Shown here: piece by piece, positions 30,651 through 42,400 of the stretch
How positions within the stretch are numbered: position 1 is the stretch's first letter
Layout: every line of letters begins with the position of its first letter
IMG/VR virus record: IMGVR_UViG_3300027822_000002
Length of the DNA stretch: 64,000 nt
From: a virus
Direction: 5' to 3' (one strand)
The notes under the pieces: generated by a model
Told to the model about the DNA's origin: nothing
Databases searched by the model: none
Seen by the model: the letters and a program-made list of their open reading frames with translations, nothing else
Program-made: the position numbers and the translations under genes

Positions 30651-30988
30651 GTGATCCAGTAAGGATCAGATCAAAAACGCATCTTGACTTTGTGCGAGGT
30701 CATGGTTGCTGTGTCTGTAACTATGATCTTTTTGAAGTCCCCGGAATAAGGAGTCATGCCCATCACTTGACCTTTGTTCAGCCTCGTGCTATGTCGCTGA
30801 AGACTGGTGATCAGTTCACTGTACCCCTGTGCAGGGAGCATCACTTTGATCTTCACTCTTTAGGCGACGAGGCATTATGGTGGGACCTACACGGACTAGA
30901 CGCCCTCTCTTTAGCGGAGAGACTGTACTCAAGAAGTCGAGGCCGACATATGAGACGGCAGAGGATACCGAAAACGAAAGGAAAGTGA
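30647..30988 (+). CDS. YbcO-like (DUF1364) putative nuclease
   Basis: GCCVCN...HHL......GDQFTVPLCREHH motif. Confidence 0.45.
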   Translation: MSDPVRIRSKTHLDFVRGHGCCVCNYDLFEVPGIRSHAHHLTFVQPRAMSLKTGDQFTVPLCREHHFDLHSLGDEALWWDLHGLDALSLAERLYSRSRGRHMRRQRIPKTKGK

Positions 30989-31365
30989 TTAGGAGGGTCG
31001 CGGAGAAGCTGGGGTTATCAGCGGCAAAAGCCCCGAAGTTCTACCCATTTGATTACTCTCTAGTTAGCGGGAAGAAGATTGTTGGATTTTACGAGGTTAA
31101 ATGCCGGAATTACCCCATCCATAAGATCGATCCTGTTAAGATTAGCGTTCATAAAGTTTGCCAAATAGTTCAGATGAGCCAACTATCTGGTGTTCCGGCT
31201 CACCTTGTTGTTGCTTGTGAAGACGGTATTTGGGACTGCGGGTTAATGCCCCACGTCGTTAAGACATTTGATGTGACAATGTGGGGTCGGAATGAACCCA
31301 GAGACTGGCAGGATACTGAGCCATGTTTCAGTATCCCAGTAAACAGGATGGTAAAAATAGAATGA
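30976..31365 (+). CDS. putative PD-(D/E)XK fold nuclease (GTG start)
   Basis: D-x13-EVK motif (FDYSLVSGKKIVGFYEVKCR); AAGGAAAG RBS. Confidence 0.3.
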   Translation, partial: ERKVIRRVAEKLGLSAAKAPKFYPFDYSLVSGKKIVGFYEVKCRNYPIHKIDPVKISVHKVCQIVQMSQLSGVPAHLVVACEDGIWDCGLMPHVVKTFDVTMWGRNEPRDWQDTEPCFSIPVNRMVKIE

Positions 31366-32396
31366 CAGATAACTTAAGCTTAAGCTATGAACTCAGAGAC
31401 GGGGAGTTGATTATAACCCTTTTAGAAAATTATTACATGGGAACTAATGAGATTTCAGAGGTGTATATTCCGCTTAAGGAATTAAAAGAAGAGTTGGACA
31501 AGATTAAATGAAGAAAGTTAATAAGAAACTCCGCAACAAAACTATTAATAATCTTGGTAGGATCATTGAGGAAATCTGGGGGTCTCGCTGCTATGAGGCT
31601 GAATTTGGCTGTCCATGCTGTGCTGCTTGGGCAGTGTTTGACAATGCTGTCCATCTGACTGACTTGTCTTATTTTGAAGATGAGGAGAAATGAGGCATGT
31701 CCTATTGTAGGTTGTCTTCAGATAATTTCTGGTGTGATGTATATTGCTATGAGGATGTTAATGGTGGATTTACAACGCATGTGGCAAGTAGAAGAAAAAT
31801 CAGAAAGACAAAATCTCCAAATTACATGACTTCGGAAGCTATTGCAGACAAAGAAAACTTTACAAAAATAATGGACACATGGAGAAAAGAATTTGACTCT
31901 ATACCATATGAGGATATTGGTCTTTCAAGGGATGGCTACACATTCTATGATGACACTAGAGAGGGAATGATAGAAACTCTTGCTTCCCTGAAGAAAGAGG
32001 GATATGTTGTACCAGACTGGGTCTTTAATAGCATTCAAGAAGAGATTGATGAAGATGCTGGCAAATGAGAGAAAGAGGTTCCTTGCGGATTTAGAGCATG
32101 ATGCTTCGCCTATTTCATCTCTTGTTTATGCCGAGATGGTAAAGTTATCCGCTTGGAGGATAAAACATCAGCCGGGGTCTATTGAGATGGCAATGATATC
32201 TTGTCATGAGGATGCTTTGCTTAATCTATATAGGAGAAGTAAAGATGTCACTGATAAAACCTGACTCAAAGTTTGACTGGGACTGTTGGTGCGGGGTTGG
32301 GCTTTCAATGGGTTTCGATAACATATGGGCAGTCATCATCTGGTACTCAGCTTGGGCTATAGCGTGGGCAACGATAAGGAAGGCAGAGGGGGATAT

Positions 32397-32816
32397 TTGA
32401 CCACTCATTTTGAGGCCATCAAGGTCAGTCAGAACAAAGAGAAAAACTATATAACGTTCTCTGTTCACCCTGATGATGTTGATAATCTCATAGAGTTCTA
32501 CAAAGACAGAGTGGGGTCAAGATACATGGTTGCAGTGGCAGCTATCGGGGATAACGAAGAGGTTGTTCCGGTGATGGACAAAACAGAGGGTCAGAAAGCA
32601 TATCAGTCATTTTCTTCTCTTTGTAGGAATGAGAAGTTCCAGACTTGGTTGCATGAAGGTGGTTTTTCTGCGGGAGTTTCTGAAGAAGAAGCTGTTAAGG
32701 GGGTGAAGAATTATATTTCAGTCGACAGTAGATCGGAACTATTAGACAACACTGAAGCAAGGCGGAGATTTGTAGGTTTAAGAAACGTTTTCTGGGAAAG
32801 TTTAAAAAGGAGATGA
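32397..32816 (+). CDS. hypothetical protein (TTG start after GAGGGGG RBS)
   Basis: ORF. Confidence 0.35.
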   Translation: MTTHFEAIKVSQNKEKNYITFSVHPDDVDNLIEFYKDRVGSRYMVAVAAIGDNEEVVPVMDKTEGQKAYQSFSSLCRNEKFQTWLHEGGFSAGVSEEEAVKGVKNYISVDSRSELLDNTEARRRFVGLRNVFWESLKRR

Positions 32817-32820
32817 GAGA

Positions 32821-33186
32821 ATGAGCAGTGAGATGGGCAGGAGGTTGAGGAGCAATTTAGTTAAATTTATAGCCTCCTTAAACGGGGGTTATGGCCCTAT
32901 TGTTGATCTTTGTCCAGACATTGAAGACGGAAGCTGTGGAACACAGAGATGCAATATTGCCAGAAATATCCTGAGAGACATCGAAGCAGAGATTGAGGTT
33001 CAGGTTGCCGCTAGAGTTGCAGAAAGAAATGAAGCGGTTGCTGAGTTGGCTAAGCAGAATGCAGAACTTGTTGCCAAGCTTGAGAAGTGGAAAGTGACAG
33101 AGAAAAACAAGAGAAAAATAAGGACAACAACAACTTACTCTGATTTTGCAAGGAATGATAGTTTTAGATGGTTTGATAGTTGGTAA
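32821..33186 (+). CDS. hypothetical coiled-coil protein
   Basis: ORF. Confidence 0.4.
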   Translation: MSSEMGRRLRSNLVKFIASLNGGYGPIVDLCPDIEDGSCGTQRCNIARNILRDIEAEIEVQVAARVAERNEAVAELAKQNAELVAKLEKWKVTEKNKRKIRTTTTYSDFARNDSFRWFDSW

Positions 33187-33392
33187 CCCACAAGAACTTT
33201 AACCGACCACAGAACTGGGTAAACAGGGCTGATCTAGCTAAGCAGATAGGGGTCAAGGTGAGTTCTATTCGGTACTTAATGAAGAAACATCCGTCCTTCC
33301 CAAGGCCAAGATATCTAACGCCCCGTATGTTGGTTTGGCACCTTGAGGAAGTTGAAGACTGGATTAAGGAAAGGAAAAAGAGAGATGAATGA
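33180..33392 (+). CDS. AlpA/excisionase-like helix-turn-helix DNA-binding protein
   Basis: NRADLAKQIGVKVSSIRYLMKKHPSFPRPRYLTPRMLVWHLEEVEDWI resembles the AlpA family. Confidence 0.5.
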   Translation: MVTHKNFNRPQNWVNRADLAKQIGVKVSSIRYLMKKHPSFPRPRYLTPRMLVWHLEEVEDWIKERKKRDE

Positions 33393-33682
33393 GTGGAGCT
33401 TTATAGTTGCTGTGATGGCTGTTGTTGGCAGCCTTATGCTTGCTGATAGGTATCTTGATAGGATACTTCCGGAAACCCAAAGGGTGAATGTGGAGAAGAA
33501 GCAGGATCGTCTTATTGTTCCGCGAGATTTGGGAACAAGGTGATGGATTTCTTCAGGAATTACTCCTATGTGGAGATTTTTATTCTTGCGGGGTTTTCTG
33601 CTTTCATAATTCATGTTGCAGAATTCTCTGCTAATGCAATGGATGAGGCAGTTAAGAGGATTGAAATGAGAGAACCTATCGC

Positions 33683-34396
33683 TTGTCACAACCCTCACTC
33701 CCCAAAGGTGCCAATGTGAAGATCGGAATATTAAGCGATCTCCATCTTGAGTTTGGGGGTCCAACAAAAATGCCAAATAATGATGCAGATATATATATCA
33801 TTGCTGGCGATATCCATCCTAACGACAACAAAAGAGAAAAATATATCAAGAGGTTAGAGGAAGATGGTAAGCCAGTCTTTCATATTATGGGCAATCATGA
33901 CCATTGGTATAGTCAGTTTCCTTCTCCTAACGAAACAATTCGATCCGCTTATCTGGGTGGGGATAATGGTGGGGTTAGTATTGCTGGCGCAACTCTCTGG
34001 ACTGATATGTCTGGCCCCTTAGATTGGCTTGATTATGTTGAGTATCTAAATGATGCTGTGAGAATGAAGGGGGCAGATCAGGATTCTATGCAGGAAACTC
34101 ACAAGGTTCACAGGGAGTTTCTCTTTAACTCTGGGGCCGATATTATTGTTAGTCATCATGCTCCTTCATACATGTCTGTTTCTAGTAGATTCAGAGGCGA
34201 TGCCGCCAACAAGTTTTTCTGTACTGAATTTCATGAACGCATTATGAATATGGATAATCCGCCTAAACTGTGGATACATGGACATATCCATGAGAAAAAA
34301 GATTATATGATCGGAGATACCAGAGTGATATGTAACCCATGGGGATACGGAATGTATGAAGTACATGAAAGAGGTTTAATTGTGATTGAGGTTTGA
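33683..34396 (+). CDS. calcineurin-like metallophosphoesterase
   Basis: Motifs IIAGDIH, GNHDHW and HGHIH. Confidence 0.65.
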   Translation: MSQPSLPKGANVKIGILSDLHLEFGGPTKMPNNDADIYIIAGDIHPNDNKREKYIKRLEEDGKPVFHIMGNHDHWYSQFPSPNETIRSAYLGGDNGGVSIAGATLWTDMSGPLDWLDYVEYLNDAVRMKGADQDSMQETHKVHREFLFNSGADIIVSHHAPSYMSVSSRFRGDAANKFFCTEFHERIMNMDNPPKLWIHGHIHEKKDYMIGDTRVICNPWGYGMYEVHERGLIVIEV

Positions 34397-34873
34397 TTGG
34401 CAATCTCAAGATCAGAACAGCTTAAAGAACTTTTACCGGGCTTGAATGAGCTTTTTGGAAATAAAATGACAGGGGTTCCATATAGCATTCTTCCTTATTC
34501 GAAAAGGGGCTATTTCCATAAAAAGAGCAGAATAATGCCGTTAGAATATTACATACTTGATGAAAACAAAGAACTTATTCCTGCCACCTCTTCAGAGTGG
34601 GCTGTTTGGTTTGAAGATTTTGACAATCGTCGCGTGAATGAGACCTTTTTTGAAGAAAAGGAAATCAGAGTCTCAACAGTTTGTTTGGGTATGGATCATT
34701 CTTGGGGACACGGTGGCCCAACGTTTTTTGAAACGATGATCTTTGGTGATGGTTTTGAGGGTGATAATGAATATCAAACCAGATGCGGAACTTGGGAAGA
34801 AGCGGAAGTAATGCATAAAGCAGCCTGTGAGGTGGTTAGCTTTAAACTATATGGTCATAAACATGAGGGGTGA
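34397..34873 (+). CDS. hypothetical protein whose N-terminal 21 aa mimic the MCP N-terminus (TTG start)
   Basis: MAISRSEQLKELLPGLNELFG here versus MAISRAQQLKELLPGLNALFG at the start of 62528..63436. Confidence 0.45.
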   Translation: MAISRSEQLKELLPGLNELFGNKMTGVPYSILPYSKRGYFHKKSRIMPLEYYILDENKELIPATSSEWAVWFEDFDNRRVNETFFEEKEIRVSTVCLGMDHSWGHGGPTFFETMIFGDGFEGDNEYQTRCGTWEEAEVMHKAACEVVSFKLYGHKHEG

Positions 34874-35106
34874 TTATGCGGGATTTTAGATATTGTGATA
34901 TTTGGAAGATACCGACTTTAATTTCATTGATTGCTTTTGCTGTTAGTTTTTGGGGAGCAATATGGCTTCCAAGTAATTTGATTTTTGTAAAAATAATGTT
35001 TTCATTGTTCCCTGTTTTGGTTTTAACAGTAATTTTATTAGCATATTTTGAAGACGACAAGAGGAGAATTTTTGGTGAGAAAAGACAGCCTTCAGATACT
35101 GACTGA
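34870..35106 (+). CDS. small membrane protein
   Basis: Two TM helices. Confidence 0.4.
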   Translation: MIMRDFRYCDIWKIPTLISLIAFAVSFWGAIWLPSNLIFVKIMFSLFPVLVLTVILLAYFEDDKRRIFGEKRQPSDTD

Positions 35107-35345
35107 TAAAAGAACCGCATGTGATGTTCTTGAGCAGATGAGGAAGATGGACCAGACTAAGAATTATTCTGGTCTTCTTGCGGCAATTGAAGAGCTTCAG
35201 GAATACTACAATCTTATGGAGGCGGGCCTGTGGGATTCGAAGAGAGCTGCTGCTACGTGTCATAGCGATATCTTGAGGGAGAAAAGTTTTTCAGCCATGA
35301 AGAAGCTGGAAAAAAGATGGCCTTATCTTAAGAGGTGCAGGAAAG

Positions 35346-35783
35346 ATGCCAAGAAAAATAAAAGTTGACCGACGTGGATTTATGGGCCTTATGGGAGGTG
35401 CTGCGGTTGCTGGTAAGGGTGCCCTTAAGAGCGCAGCAACAAAGGTGGCGGGAATTGGGGTTCCGGGTTTGTATCCGCCAACTAAAAGTCCTGATCTGAG
35501 GGGCGAATCATATGAAGTTGCCGAAGAACATCGACTAGAATATGTAAAAAAATTGGCTGGGGTTCTTCCAAGATGGAAAGAGAGAGAATTCGAAAGATGG
35601 TCCAAGAATGTCTACACCATTGATCCAGACATATATGCATTGAAATCGATGTCTTTAACACGAATGGTACAGGCTCAGAGAAAGAGAAACTTTGAGAACA
35701 TGAAGAAAGATTTCTTCAATGAACCGATTTTTGCGGATGAAAGGAAGAAGTTCCTTAGCAAAATAAGTCTTGGCTGGCTGTGA
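35346..35783 (+). CDS. hypothetical protein
   Basis: ORF. Confidence 0.4.
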   Translation: MPRKIKVDRRGFMGLMGGAAVAGKGALKSAATKVAGIGVPGLYPPTKSPDLRGESYEVAEEHRLEYVKKLAGVLPRWKEREFERWSKNVYTIDPDIYALKSMSLTRMVQAQRKRNFENMKKDFFNEPIFADERKKFLSKISLGWL

Positions 35784-36262
35784 ATATAAAGATCAAATGC
35801 CCCGAATGTGACAAAAGGTTTGAGCGACTTCTTGATGTCGATCAGCATTTTGCCGAGAAACATCCAGTAACTGCAATGTACAAGGATAAACCTTATAGGG
35901 GCAAACTTGTCGGGAAAAAGCTTGTAGAGCTAGTTGCTGAGCTTAGGGAGCGTGAAGGCCATATGTGTTTCTTTTGTGGGCACTTTGTGCCCATGAACTC
36001 CCGCAATGATTTGTGCCGTCCTACTGTCGAGCATTTGTTAAGTCGTTCCCACGGTGGAACCAACCATTCAACTAACACAGTTCTGGCTCACAAAGTCTGC
36101 AATAAGATTGCCGGTAACCTCTCAATCAGAGATAAGGTTCTCCTAAGAGACGCTCTCCGACGTAATCCTCCTAAAGAAGTTCTATGTTATTGTAGTGGCT
36201 TCTTTAACAGATTGAGGTTGTGGTTTGATGGTAGTGAATACAGGAATGGCAGCAAGCCCTAG
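35780..36262 (+). CDS. HNH endonuclease with N-terminal C2H2-like zinc finger
   Basis: CPECDKRFERLLDVDQHFAEKH, then HNH-type histidine/asparagine residues around HLLSRSHGGTNHSTN and VLAHKVCN. Confidence 0.65.
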   Translation: MNIKIKCPECDKRFERLLDVDQHFAEKHPVTAMYKDKPYRGKLVGKKLVELVAELREREGHMCFFCGHFVPMNSRNDLCRPTVEHLLSRSHGGTNHSTNTVLAHKVCNKIAGNLSIRDKVLLRDALRRNPPKEVLCYCSGFFNRLRLWFDGSEYRNGSKP

Positions 36263-36320
36263 TGCTTTGGTAGTTATTGTCTTTTTTGCGGGGCTTTACT
36301 GGTGGCTCTTCTGCTCTTAA

Positions 36321-36491
36321 TCACTTTCTCCACCTGACCTTCGAGTATATCTGGACAATAAGCCAGACAAGGCCAGCTACTGGAAGTAGAAGTGCTGCGA
36401 CCTCAGAGACGTTGGTAAGAAGGGGCAGCCATGCGGGGCTTAAGATAGCTCCACTGGCTATAAAGGCATTCGCTTTGTCCATGGTGCTCAT
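36321..36491 (-). CDS. small 2-TM membrane protein (56 aa, below the track cutoff)
   Basis: GAGG RBS 5 nt before ATG; MSTMDKANAFIASGAILSPAWLPLL... Confidence 0.3.
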   Translation of the reverse strand: MSTMDKANAFIASGAILSPAWLPLLTNVSEVAALLLPVAGLVWLIVQIYSKVRWRK

Positions 36492-36499
36492 CGTGCCTC

Positions 36500-39400
36500 T
36501 TACTGGAAAAGAACTTCGTTCGTTGCATTAGTTATCACTCTCATCAGGTCCATTTTCTGCTTTTTATACTTTGATAGTAATGACCTTTTCTGCGTGGCAT
36601 TCATGTTAGGGTCAGCCCTTACTTTGTTTATCTGTTTGTTTATTTGGGAGAGCTGTCTAGATGTTCTATCTATTCTCTTCCTAAGCATTAATTTACCACG
36701 ATTTTCTTCGATGAGCTTTTGAGCTTCTTGAACTCTACCTCTGGTTGTTAACTCCTTAATGGTCATATGCAGTTCGGTTATTTCTTCTTTCATCTCATAG
36801 AAGTCTTCAGCAAACCGAGTTCCCCGCTCATCATCTGCCCTAACAAACCTGCTAAGCCCTGCAATCTGCCCCATCCAAGCTTGCCCACCGATAACAGAAG
36901 CATCCCCAAATAGTCCTGCTGGTTTGGACGGAACAGTACCAGTCATCTGTATTACAGAATCAGCAAAGGCTAGAAGCATCATAGACATGCTGCCTCCGTA
37001 GCCTTGGGCTAAATGCTCTAACATCAGAGGGCTGGTTCCTGTGGCCTCGCCCACCATTTTCGCAACATCGGTTGTTGAAGGCGTTGACCTCAAACCGGGA
37101 GCTAGGCGGCGAGCAGCTTGATTTTCAATCGGTCTTCCCAAGAACATATCAAAGTTAGTTAGAGCCTCAATGATGGGCTTTGCTGCCTGCGGAATGGGAT
37201 TAAGTTGGAAGGTGTTGGCTAGGATAGAGATAGTTCCTTTACCAAGATCGTCCGTCTCTCCTGTCCTCATTGCGTCAAGAGCCAGAACAGGCATTGCTCC
37301 AAAAGCAGCACCAATCTCGAATGAACGCGGGAGATAGAAGGTTTTGTCCCCAACATAGAATATGTCATAGTTGAGCTTTCTATCTAGCCGTTCTTCATCC
37401 CACCTGTCATCAAGTTGAGATATTCCATATATGGCACTATGAATACCAGCCAATAGAAGACCTTTAGTCATAAGGCCATGGGCAACCCCCAGAGTGTTGC
37501 CTGACTTCTCATTTTCCATCAAGCGATACAAGCCTTGAATACGGGCATTCAAAAACGGGATCATAGGAATGAGGTTCATCAACACCATGGGGATACCGGT
37601 ACCGCCAGACCCTCGACGAGAATAGTTGATGATATTCATACCCTGATAATCAGCTTCAAGTTTAGGCGTCCCAGCCTCCTGTAAATAGGTAGACACCGCT
37701 AAACGTTGAGCAAGCTCTGTAGCCTCGCCTATCTTGGTTAAGCCGTCCCACATCCCGCTGAGGCCATCAAAGAAGGCTCTGGAAGCCCCACCAGCGTACT
37801 CCCCCCTACGACGGGCCTCTTTACGCATTCCACGTTTCATCTTCTTAGAGAACGCCGAGAGATCACTGAGAGCACCCCTGTTCACATTACCAACATCAAA
37901 TCCCCCCATACCGGTATTGGCTTTGAATGCCATCACTTCATCTGTACCTCTGTAAACGTCTGACAAATATCCCAGTGTCTTGATGAATGACCTAACGGGT
38001 GGAATTTTATGCTTTACATAAGCATCAATATGCCCCCTCCATAGGTTGGCGAGCATGAATGCGGGGCTGTGAGTGATACCTTGTCGGAGAATAGCTGCTG
38101 GCTTGGAAAGCAGATTGATAAAACTACTAACTTGAGTTTTGTTCATTGAGGTGATGGCAACCCAAAGATCGTTGTCTTTGATCTTGTATTTAATCTCTTC
38201 ATTGCCCCTCCGGAAGGTCATAATAGACCCGCCCTTCTCATCCGCTGATCTCCTTACCTTAGACCCATATAGGTCACGTGTTCCAGCCTGATCATTGAGG
38301 GCATCGAGGGTAGTTGCGACTTGTTTGAGCGCTCTATTAGATAGAGACGCCCTAACAATACCCTCGATGTTTTTTCTTATCATGTCGATGGGATCATTGT
38401 CTAAAGGCTGATCGCCACCAAGCAATTCAATCGAGAACGGATTTGGATTGTTCAAAGACTGTAGAAATTTGTTAGACCAAGTCGCTCCAATATATGCCTG
38501 ATTTTCTACATCAACCTCCAGTTTTCTGTAGAAGGGAATGTAATCAAAGTTAAGTAGTTCGTCAGCTTTCTCTCTACTTATTACTTCACTCTCTACTGCG
38601 AAGTCAATAATATTACTGTTTAGCTTCTGGTACTTCTCAAATGCTCTTTCAAACTTCTGCGGAGCTGCTGCTAGAACTTCATTGATCTTCTCGTTGCTGA
38701 TCTTGAATAGCTTTGCCCCAGCATTATTCTCTCGATGAGATTTTTCTCTTCTAGCAATGCCATATATCTGGAAGAGCTGGTCTTCAGTGATCTGACGTCC
38801 ATTGAACTCGTGGGCGGTTTGAGGGTTTATTTCCTCAAAGACCTCAGCCAGAGAGGGGGCGTCTTCATCGATAGTGATATTGCCCTCCTCGTCATACTTA
38901 AGGCCACCCTTCTCAATGATTGCCTGAATGCGACCAGCCATTTGCGTGGCAAGCTCAAGCATCTTTCCCGCTGAGTCCTTGGCCATCGGGATGCCGGAGT
39001 TGCCTAAAGCAGCCTGCAATGCGCGGTCTTCTTTAAAGGCCCCCATCTGTTTGTGGGCAATGTTTCTAACCATCACATTACTGAGAGCCTGCCGACCCTC
39101 TTTAGTTGTGAGGTCCATCTGTGGGTCAAGATCGTCAGCTCCAATCAAGCCCCGCATCAATCTATTAATAGAGCCCCTAAATCCAAGCTCACCCTCTGGC
39201 GCAAGCGCCCGCGCAGCTACCTCAGCGATGGGTCCAGCATCATAATCCGGAAGCCTATAGCCACTTAGCCTATTTAGGGGGGCTTGACTGAATATTCTCT
39301 TGGATTGTTTTTCTGGATCAAGGGCGATCCACTTACCATCTGGATACGCAACTCCATCAAAACCTGCCCCACCAATCTCTTCTTTCGTTGTCTCCTGTCC

Positions 39401-42400
39401 AGCGGCAGCAAGGAAGGGGTTCTTAATCGAGAGATACTCTCCCCCAATGTCTAAGGGGAGCCCATTACCATCAACAACCTGAGAACCCTCAAACCATTCA
39501 GTAAATTCTTTTATGTCAGTTCCAGTTCTTATGGCATAACCCGAGAATCTTGCGTCGGCTGCGGTGCCGGGATCAAATTGATTGAAGATTGACTTGATTT
39601 GATGCGGATAAAACGCCACAATCTCATCTGCCTGACGATCCATCGTCTGGGCGATAACTCCATCATATCCCAATTCTTTTAGGAGCTTTGTTGCAGCTTT
39701 AACACTGATATTTCTCTTCTGGTTGAAATCATCGTATTCAAACTTGGGGTCAGGGGCAGTATTTTGGACAAGTTCAACCGCCCTGTCAGATTTTTCAGGA
39801 TGTCTCCTCCTGACAAGGGACATAAGGTTTGCCGCGTCTAAGTTACTTACAATAAAGGGATTTTTTATAGACAGCATTGTCGGGATGATCCGGTTTTGCT
39901 CCGCAAATGCACCACCAACCTCCGGTGAGTCATAGGGGGTAGCATAAGAAGACGCTGTTGTAGGACTTGGGGTGAAATAATGACCCTCCCCATACCATCC
40001 ATAATCAATCTTCCTATCTGGACTGACCTCAAACTGGTCAAATTCTTGCCCTTTTGTGCCATGAAACATGACAAGAGGATCGCCATCAGGAGTAATGACG
40101 TAGCTACCGTCAAACCATTTAATGAACTCTATCCAGTTTTCTTGCGGAGGTTTTGTTCTTGTGATAACTGGCTCAATGAAGACCCCGTCTATAAGAAAGC
40201 CCTTACGCTCTCTGCTTTTCTCATCTCCAAAGGTATCCGGCCTATCGGCCTCTAAGTCCTCTATTGAGTCTTGGGCAATAGCCTGCCCGATAGCAGCGTC
40301 AGCATAATCTTGCTCAGTGTTTGCAGTGTTGTAGTAGTCATCAATGATTGCGTCGTATTCTGCCTGAGATAGAACATTGCCCTCTTCATCGAGAGCGTCT
40401 CCGGTATTCGGATCAAACCTGACACCAGAAAATCTAGTGCCAGCTCCAGCAATTGCAGGACTGCGGGCACCTACCTGACCACTCTCAATAAGGCCAAATA
40501 CCTCACCAGCTCTCTGGTCTTGTGAGATTGGAAGTAGCTTCCTGAAGAAATCAAGTATCTTCCTGAAGACGTTTCTTTGTGCGGGGCGAGCCTTAAATCT
40601 TTCTGGACGCCTTCCGTATTCTTCGAATAAAGCCGCAACCGCTTCTTCATCTATAAGAGTCTGATAATTATCTCTTCCTCTGTATGTGTCTTTGTATTGA
40701 AGCTCCGCACCATCCATAAAGGATAAATCTTTGTAACCCTGCATGGGCATTCTGCGAGCCGCTTCAACCAGTTGACCCCATTCCTTGGTTGAGATAAGGT
40801 TCATCATCTTCATAGCATGTAGGGCCTCATGCTTTGCAGTAGAGATGATGGTATCAATAGCTTCCTTGTCGCCCACAGCAGCAGGCATTTCAGTAGCAAG
40901 ACGCATCATCACCCCAAGATTGGGATCAGTATATGTTTCACCCCGAGCTACAATATTTGCTCGCCTGTCTTGAATGAAGCTTTGAAACTTGACCTTAACC
41001 TTATCGTCTAGGTTAAAGTCTGCCAGCAACTTATTAACTTTACCGACTATTTCCCTTGACTCATCGATAGATTTTGCGGGGGCAAGATCAATATCCGGCC
41101 CGATCTCATCTTGAAGGGTACGGCGGTATCTGATTGCCTCTTCCATCGTGGGGAAGGTTTGATCAACGGTTTCGCTAAGCTTGTTCCCAAAGGCATCAAA
41201 ACTTTCTTCAACAACCGCAAACCCAAACTCCCCTTCTGAAGCCTGTTCAATCTCAAACTCTCTATCTGGCTTCTTCTTTCTGAGATCATTAACAAGAACC
41301 TCAGCCTGTTCTCTAGACATGGGCTTACCACGTTTCTTGCCTGTCTTGAGATCAATGATCCTGAAGGTTGGCTCCGCACCTTTCTTATAAATCTCCTTGG
41401 CATGAAAAACCTTACCAGCAGTGTCTGGGTGGAGAAGCTGTTTCTTTATTGTCTCTTCATTAAAGTTCGTTGGTTCCTCAAAGGAAAAATCTCTACCTTT
41501 GATGGCCACGCTCTTATTGATATTCTTCTGGGATGTCCTGCGGATAGTGCGGAGTTCTCTAAGCCTCTCCTTATCCTTTTCAGTTTTACTATCCTTCTCC
41601 TCGATGGCCTCGATTTTCTTGTTAAGCGGTTCAATTGTGCTTGAGTAAAGAGACCGCTTTCTCTCATTGCGTCGTAGAAGTGCCTGTCTAAAGTCAGGGG
41701 AAATATCGCTAGATTCAATGACCGCCTTAGCCTCATCGAATTCTCCTCTAGTTTCAAGTTGTCCTGCTGCTTTTGAGGATTTAACTCTCCTGTCTAACTC
41801 CTGTGTATTTTCGACCCAATCGTTTGCCTCCTTCTCCGTTTTGAATCCGGCTCTGTATTGATTTCCTGTCTCTTCACCGACAACAATGAAGCCCTTGCTT
41901 GGCCTGCGAACCTCCTTGCGGGTGCCTGCATCTTCACCCCTTTCTCCATACGAGAATTGGCCTCTATCTGCAACAATCTTAACTGACTCTTGCGGGGCTC
42001 TTTGATCGGGATCAAGCGGGTCTGCGCGATCAAGTGATTCATCTGACAGTGAGAGAACAAGCTCATCTGTCGGAACATTATCAAGAGTTGCCGTTCTGTC
42101 TTGAGTCTGAATCTCTTCAATAGTCTTCCCAAGTGATAACGCTTCTCTCTGACCACGCTTAGTAAACTCCTTCTCTTCTCTTGCTCTATTTCTGGCTTTA
42201 AAGAAATCTTGACTTCCGCCAAGGGTTCCGCCGACAGCCCCACCTAATGCTGCTCCCAATATGGCTGAGTTGATCAGCTCGTCCGCCACTTCTGGAGATA
42301 GCTCGAAAAGTTTTTCAGGATCAGCCTGAACAATTTCAAGAGCTTGCTGACCAGCTTCTGTAAATCCTTCAATAGCTCCCGAGGTAACAGCGTTCTTTGC

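Noticed and set aside
36277-36531. Plus-strand ORF 36277..36531
   Set aside because: It overlaps the better-supported minus-strand small TM gene and the end of the giant gene. No RBS.
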